Source: an uncultured Methanosarcinales archaeon
GTDB lineage: Archaea; Nanobdellota; Nanobdellia; Woesearchaeales; SKGA01
Reading direction: 5' to 3'
Assembly (NCBI GenBank): GCA_964428395.1
Contig: CAYRYB010000001.1
Span: forward strand, 8,847-72,846
DNA: 64,000 nucleotides
The notes below the pieces were generated by a model. That model made no database searches, was not told the DNA's origin, and was given only the letters and a program-made list of their open reading frames with translations. Below, one piece after another: positions 58,928-64,000 of the stretch (the first letter of the stretch is position 1; each line of letters opens with the position of its first letter). The translations under genes were made by a program, and so were the position numbers.

Positions 58928-59548
58928 ATGGAAATCTTTAAGAAAAGAACTTCTTTTGCAGTTTTTATGGGCATTACATTATTTTCTAACGGCAAAGAAG
59001 TAGAATTGCTTCAAAATCAAATTAAAGATGCACAGCGAGATATAAAGCACATGTCTCGTCGTATTGGCGAAGAGCAAGATGAAATTGCCAAACTTCTAAA
59101 AGAAGTAAAACAAAACGGCAAATTGCAAACAGAATTGCTCGCCAAAATGCAAGAAGCAACAGAGTTTCTTGCCATTGCAAAAAATGATTTTGAAAAAGCC
59201 GCAACAGATATTGCTCTTATTCGTCCCACGCTTGAAAAAAAGATGCTTGAAAATTTTTCTAGCGAAATTAAGCAAGAACTTGCCAATACCACAAACAACA
59301 TTCAAGCACAAGTTGCAGGGTTTACAGCAACAAAGAACGTTTTTAAAGAATATGCTCGTTTATCAACAGAAACAAGCAGAGAAGTAGAAAAATTACTTAA
59401 CATTACAAAGAGTATTAACTCTGCAGATTTTGAGCTTGAGATGCATGCAAAACGTTTAGAAACAAATGATAAAGAGAAGCTTCGTTTAATGAAACGTGTA
59501 GATGAGCTTGAACGCTTACTTGCAAGAATGAAAAGAGAAAAAAGGTAG
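58928..59548 (+). CDS. Coiled-coil protein
   Basis: Continuous heptads; divergent from the paralog pair. Confidence 0.7.
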   Translation: MEIFKKRTSFAVFMGITLFSNGKEVELLQNQIKDAQRDIKHMSRRIGEEQDEIAKLLKEVKQNGKLQTELLAKMQEATEFLAIAKNDFEKAATDIALIRPTLEKKMLENFSSEIKQELANTTNNIQAQVAGFTATKNVFKEYARLSTETSREVEKLLNITKSINSADFELEMHAKRLETNDKEKLRLMKRVDELERLLARMKREKR

Positions 59549-59674
59549 AAAAAAGAAATACTAGGTAACAAGGTAAACCAAACAAAGAAATAAGGTAACT
59601 AAAATAGCGTAATCATACATAAAATAAAAAAATAAAGTAAAAAAACGTTCTCACAAAACAATGAATAAAAAAAA

Positions 59675-61828
59675 TTAGTTTCGTTCGTGTTTCTTTTCTT
59701 GTTGTATAATCTTTTTAATACCAGTAAGTACTGCTCTGTTACCGTTCCAATCTAGTATCTCTTCTAAAACATCAACAAGCGTGTCTACTGGAATGATTTT
59801 TATTCGTTTAAGTTTCTCTGGTTCTATAGCTATATCTTGTAAATTGCTTCGGGGTACAATAACATTTTTTATTCCTGCCTCAATGGCTGCGTCAACTTTT
59901 GCGCTCACCCCCCCAACAGGTAAAGATTTGCCACGAACCGTCACGCTTCCAGTAATTGCATAATTCTGTTTGATGGGTATTTTTTTAAACGCAGAGACAA
60001 TAGCTGTTGCGACAGCAAGACTTGCACTATCGCCCTCAACACCTTCGTATGTTTGTAGAAATTGTACGTAGACCGAATAATTTTCTTTTATATTTTTGCC
60101 AATTTTGCCAAAATAATATTCTATAATTGCAGAAACATTTGTTACTGCTTCTTTTGCTATCTCGCCTAACTTTCCTGTCGCAATAATTTTCGATGTTTTA
60201 CCACCTTTAATGACTACAGCTTCTATTGGCAATATTATCCCCGAAAGAGAGCTTGGATCACCCATAACCGCCAAGCCATTGACTCGTCCTATTTGTCTGC
60301 CTTTTGTTACGATTACATCATAATCTTTTTTGTTTTCAATATATCTATCTGCTACTTGTTGCTCAAGACCTCTAGAAAGTTTTTTTGCTGATTGTAAATG
60401 TCTTACTTCAACTAATGGCGATTTATCTTCCTTTGCAAGATCTCCTGCGCTTCGCACAAGACCGCCCAGTTCTCGAAGACGAAGAGTAAGATGTCCTTTT
60501 CTGCTTGCACGTCTTTTTGCTTCATTTATTATATAATCAACTGCTGGTTTTGAAAAATGAGGTATTTTTCCATCCTTTCGTACTTCTTGTGCTACAAATT
60601 GTGCGAGCTTATAGCGATTTTCAGGAGTGTCTTTCATAATATCTTTCATGTAAATTTCATAACCATAGCCTCGAATTCTACTTCGAAGGGCTGGATGTAA
60701 TTCTTTTAAACCATCAAAGTTGCCTGCCGCAATAAGAAGAAATTTACAGGGAACAGGTTCTGTTCGAACCATAGCACCAGCACTTCGTTCACTTTGACCA
60801 GTAATAGAAAATTTTCCTTCCTGGACCGCAGTCAAGAGTTCTTGTTGTGATGCGGAACTCAATGTGGCAATTTCATCAATAAATAAAACACCCATATGTG
60901 CTTTATGTATCATCCCTGCAACAACTCGTTCGTGCGCAGGCGTTCCTAATCCACCAGATTGAAATGGGTCATGTAATACATCTCCAAGTAGAGCTCCAGC
61001 GTGTGATCCTGTCGCGTCAATAAATGGTGCAGTCTTGTTATCATAATTATCTACAATAAGTCTTGGTGGTGATACTTTCGAACCCATTCGTTTTCCCATA
61101 TTCATCATAAAAACAAGAGCTACTAAAAAAGCGATTCCTCCAAGAAATGTAGCTGCAAAGAGTATGTTTGCTGCAAGAACACCGTCAGTCTTAGCATAAT
61201 AATTTCTTACTAACCATGGTGCAACAACCGCAATTATTGCAAAGAAAAGAAAAATAAAATTTTGTCCCTTAAAAGCACTTTCACTTTCTGTTTTTGCCTT
61301 AGCAACTACTGCGCGTCCTTGCTTTGCAGGTAACGTTCTAATAAGTGGTTTATTTTCATCGTTTGGATTCTTAAAAGAAAGTATATCAACAAGTTTTTCT
61401 TTTGGTAAGAGTTCTGCAAGCGCTAGGCCGAGAAGTGATTTTCCCGTTCCCGGTTCACCTATTAAGAGTACGTGTCTTCGTTGCAATGCAGCTTTTCTTA
61501 CAACGTTGACTGCGGAATCCTGACCTATAACTTGATCAATTATTTTATTGGAGACAGGAATATCTTTAGTGGAGTAAAATGTTAGAAAAGAGTTTTTTTC
61601 TTTTGTTGGTGTTTGTTCTGCAAGAGTGTTTCGCGTTGGTACCTGTTTTGTCACTTTTCTTGTTATATTTTTCTTTGTTGGTACTCGTTTTATTGTCTTT
61701 TTTACTATGGGTCGCTTTATAGGTTGCTTTGCTACTCGCTTCACCACTTTATTTTTTGTGGGTTTCGGATTTTTTTTCGTTACAACCTTTTTTGAAAATC
61801 GTTGTAATAAAGTCTTTTTTTTAGGCAT
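59675..61828 (-). CDS. lonB: Archaeal membrane-bound Lon protease (LonB) with Lys-rich N-terminal extension
   Basis: [14 protein letters not shown], two-TM insert, LFIDEI, VEGDSAS (catalytic Ser), [10 protein letters not shown] (Lys). Confidence 0.96.
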   Translation of the reverse strand: MPKKKTLLQRFSKKVVTKKNPKPTKNKVVKRVAKQPIKRPIVKKTIKRVPTKKNITRKVTKQVPTRNTLAEQTPTKEKNSFLTFYSTKDIPVSNKIIDQVIGQDSAVNVVRKAALQRRHVLLIGEPGTGKSLLGLALAELLPKEKLVDILSFKNPNDENKPLIRTLPAKQGRAVVAKAKTESESAFKGQNFIFLFFAIIAVVAPWLVRNYYAKTDGVLAANILFAATFLGGIAFLVALVFMMNMGKRMGSKVSPPRLIVDNYDNKTAPFIDATGSHAGALLGDVLHDPFQSGGLGTPAHERVVAGMIHKAHMGVLFIDEIATLSSASQQELLTAVQEGKFSITGQSERSAGAMVRTEPVPCKFLLIAAGNFDGLKELHPALRSRIRGYGYEIYMKDIMKDTPENRYKLAQFVAQEVRKDGKIPHFSKPAVDYIINEAKRRASRKGHLTLRLRELGGLVRSAGDLAKEDKSPLVEVRHLQSAKKLSRGLEQQVADRYIENKKDYDVIVTKGRQIGRVNGLAVMGDPSSLSGIILPIEAVVIKGGKTSKIIATGKLGEIAKEAVTNVSAIIEYYFGKIGKNIKENYSVYVQFLQTYEGVEGDSASLAVATAIVSAFKKIPIKQNYAITGSVTVRGKSLPVGGVSAKVDAAIEAGIKNVIVPRSNLQDIAIEPEKLKRIKIIPVDTLVDVLEEILDWNGNRAVLTGIKKIIQQEKKHERN

Positions 61829-61899
61829 ACTCTTTACTGAGCCCTTCTGGTTTATAAGCTTTATTAAGAAATAACTTTGTTTGAGAATTCATGAATGTA

Positions 61900-63018
61900 T
61901 CAATATACTTTATACTCTTTTGCAAGTTTAAGATAAAGCGCCACCCATATCATTCCTTCATCAGCCGTGTATACCGGACTCTTGTATGGTTTTCCTTTTG
62001 CAGTATATACTTCTAAGAATGTCCCATAGGTTTCAATAAGCCGTTTGTATTGTCGCAAATGCATTCTTGCTTGAACCATATCAATATCTCCCAAAATATC
62101 AATATAAGGCAAACCACTCATAGGCCAAATACTATACGATTCCCAATTTCTCACAAACGCTTCTAGAAAAATCGTTTTTCCTTTTTGTTTTTTTTGTGCA
62201 ACATATTTTATAGGAAACGGCTTATCCATATCTGCGTGTTGTATTGCTGTAATGACACTTTTAAGTTGTTTAATATTTGTGTTAAGTCCATACCAGAAAG
62301 GATAGATATTTGCATCCGCAGTCAATGTTGTATTAGTTCGGTCATCATTAAAATAGGTTCCGTTCCAAAATTGATCTGTAATCATTTGGACATAATCAAA
62401 TCGTCGTAAAGGATTTTCTAATCCTAAATTATTGGCTTCTCGACTAATAATACCAGCCATAACCGTATCATAACAAGAGCCATCTCTTTTACTATAATCT
62501 CGCATTGCACCAAAGTGAATGAATCGTTTTATTTCTCCAGTTATTTGAAAGGTTGCTGTTTTGTAAAACTTGTTGAGTTCAAATTGTAAGAATTCTTTAT
62601 ATTTAGCAATAAGTTCTTTATCATTGAGTATTGCTAAACTTCGAAACATGTGCGCTACTGAATCCGGAGAATACACATTTGGAAAATTTACTGGTTTTCC
62701 AAATGTTGTAATATATGTTTTTATTCCACCATATGTTTTATAACAATCAAGAGCATAGTCAAGCGTTTTTTTTACTCGTTCTCGATGACCAAGATCCAAT
62801 AATGCTTGCACAACCATACCAAAATCTCGAGAATAAAAAAGAGGATAATTTCCTAGGCTTGTTTGATAATATTGACCATTCCACAATTGTTCTAGGATTG
62901 CTTCTCCGATTTGTTTTGCTGTTCCTTTAAATCGAAAAAAACGTTTTCCGCGAACACGCATATGACGAAAGAGCATTCGTCGTCCTTCCCGCAGGTGATC
63001 ATATGTTAATAGTCCCAT
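61900..63018 (-). CDS. Six-hairpin glycosidase-like protein (family uncertain; GH15/debranching-like)
   Basis: YSRDFG, PDS, YESYSIW and FLEVY motifs typical of (alpha/alpha)6 glycosidases. Confidence 0.65.
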   Translation of the reverse strand: MGLLTYDHLREGRRMLFRHMRVRGKRFFRFKGTAKQIGEAILEQLWNGQYYQTSLGNYPLFYSRDFGMVVQALLDLGHRERVKKTLDYALDCYKTYGGIKTYITTFGKPVNFPNVYSPDSVAHMFRSLAILNDKELIAKYKEFLQFELNKFYKTATFQITGEIKRFIHFGAMRDYSKRDGSCYDTVMAGIISREANNLGLENPLRRFDYVQMITDQFWNGTYFNDDRTNTTLTADANIYPFWYGLNTNIKQLKSVITAIQHADMDKPFPIKYVAQKKQKGKTIFLEAFVRNWESYSIWPMSGLPYIDILGDIDMVQARMHLRQYKRLIETYGTFLEVYTAKGKPYKSPVYTADEGMIWVALYLKLAKEYKVY

Positions 63019-63084
63019 TATTGTATTCTCGCTTTTATTTCTATTTTTCTGTTTTGTTTAAATAATCGTTTCAATTGTGCATAT

Positions 63085-63855
63085 TCAGCCTATATAATTA
63101 ATGTCTTGAACTTTCTTAAGTTTTCCCAAATGCGTTGATAGTAAAGGCTGATTTTCTTTTGTAGCTTCTTTATTAAGAAGAGTAATTTCTTCTTCTAAAT
63201 CAGTGTATTGAAGAGAAAAGGAGAATCTTTTTTCAAGAAGTTTTAGTAATTGTTTAGCCTCATCTATACCTATATGAAATGGGTCTGCTACCGTCTCACA
63301 AAGAAGTGCTACTGCAGGAATATTTTTTGCAAAACCTAAAAGAAGACCTGTTATGCCAAATATTGGACCTACCATGCCATATATTGCTCTGTTCACTCCA
63401 GAAAACGTTTCGATATATTTTTTATTATTTCCTGTAATATAAATCTGATTTTTCAAGGGCGATTCTTCTAAACCGATACCACCCAAGGTTATTATTTCTT
63501 TTGTTTGAAACGTGATAAGAAGTTTCATGATTTCCTGAGCAAGTGTAAAACTTGCTTGTTCGCTTGTTGGTTGCACATCACTAGCTAAGAATAAAAAATC
63601 TTGTTTTCCTTTTTTGTAATAATAAAGGTTAATTGTTGGTAAGGTCACCAAATTATCTTCTGTTACCAAGACGCTATTGGGCAAATCATAACTAAAAAAT
63701 GTTCCAACTTTTTTAGCTTTTAATTGCAAGATGAGATAATCTACAGTAATTTTCCCCACATTACCAATTCCTAAAAGACCTTCTATAAATATGGGTTTTG
63801 TGCAGGTAAAACCCTTCTTTATATCTGTTTGCCATTCACTCATATCAATGAACAA
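63085..63855 (-). CDS. PAC2-family proteasome assembly chaperone (nop10-linked)
   Basis: IEGLLGIGNVGK, ITLGGIG, GPIFGITGLL, DINYIG end. Confidence 0.88.
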   Translation of the reverse strand: MFIDMSEWQTDIKKGFTCTKPIFIEGLLGIGNVGKITVDYLILQLKAKKVGTFFSYDLPNSVLVTEDNLVTLPTINLYYYKKGKQDFLFLASDVQPTSEQASFTLAQEIMKLLITFQTKEIITLGGIGLEESPLKNQIYITGNNKKYIETFSGVNRAIYGMVGPIFGITGLLLGFAKNIPAVALLCETVADPFHIGIDEAKQLLKLLEKRFSFSLQYTDLEEEITLLNKEATKENQPLLSTHLGKLKKVQDINYIG

Positions 63856-63915
63856 AAGAAGGCTCTCCTTAAATATTTTTGGGGAGAAAAAGCGAAAAAA
63901 GTTGTTTTGTGAAGT

Positions 63916-64000
63916 TTAAGCGTGTGTTAGAGATAACTCGTCTTTAGCCATTCGTCTATATTTAGCATATTTGTCTTCTGGAGAATATTTGGGTGGATGA
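63916..64000 (-). CDS. nop10: Nop10, 3' part (5' end outside the window)
   Basis: HPPKYSPEDKYAKYRRMAKDELSLTHA*; nop10-PAC2 synteny. Confidence 0.9.
   Translation of the reverse strand, partial: HPPKYSPEDKYAKYRRMAKDELSLTHA

Overview
Gene-dense, AT-rich archaeal chromosome segment. The information-processing genes are archaeal (TFE, eL30-NusA-uS12-uS7, aIF6-prefoldin-FtsY, eL21-Rpo4-DUF655, eL15, eS6, class I CCA enzyme, LonB, Nop10-PAC2). The metabolism is sparse and sugar-catabolic (glucan phosphorylase, enolase, ROK kinase, six-hairpin glycosidase). Together these suggest a DPANN archaeon, probably Woesearchaeota-like (inference). Three tRNAs are present: Arg-GCG, Val-TAC with a 51-nt BHB intron, and Cys-GCA; two sit next to their cognate synthetases. 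A ~12.7-kb defence island (11975-24685) holds radC and a type I R-M system. Its hsd genes are interleaved with cargo: ORF6N-PLD, HEPN, Schlafen/AlbA_2, PIN, membrane proteins and zinc-ribbon microproteins. A duplicated hsdM 3' end carrying only synonymous changes marks a likely cassette insertion. The most striking unexplained signal is non-coding. A ~150-170 nt repeat (R1) with covarying stem-loops occurs in three good copies and one degenerate copy, and a second ~60-nt repeat (R2) occurs twice. All copies lie just upstream of housekeeping genes in the same relative orientation. No rRNA, CRISPR array, integrase or transposase was seen. All assignments come from manual motif recognition; no database searches were run.
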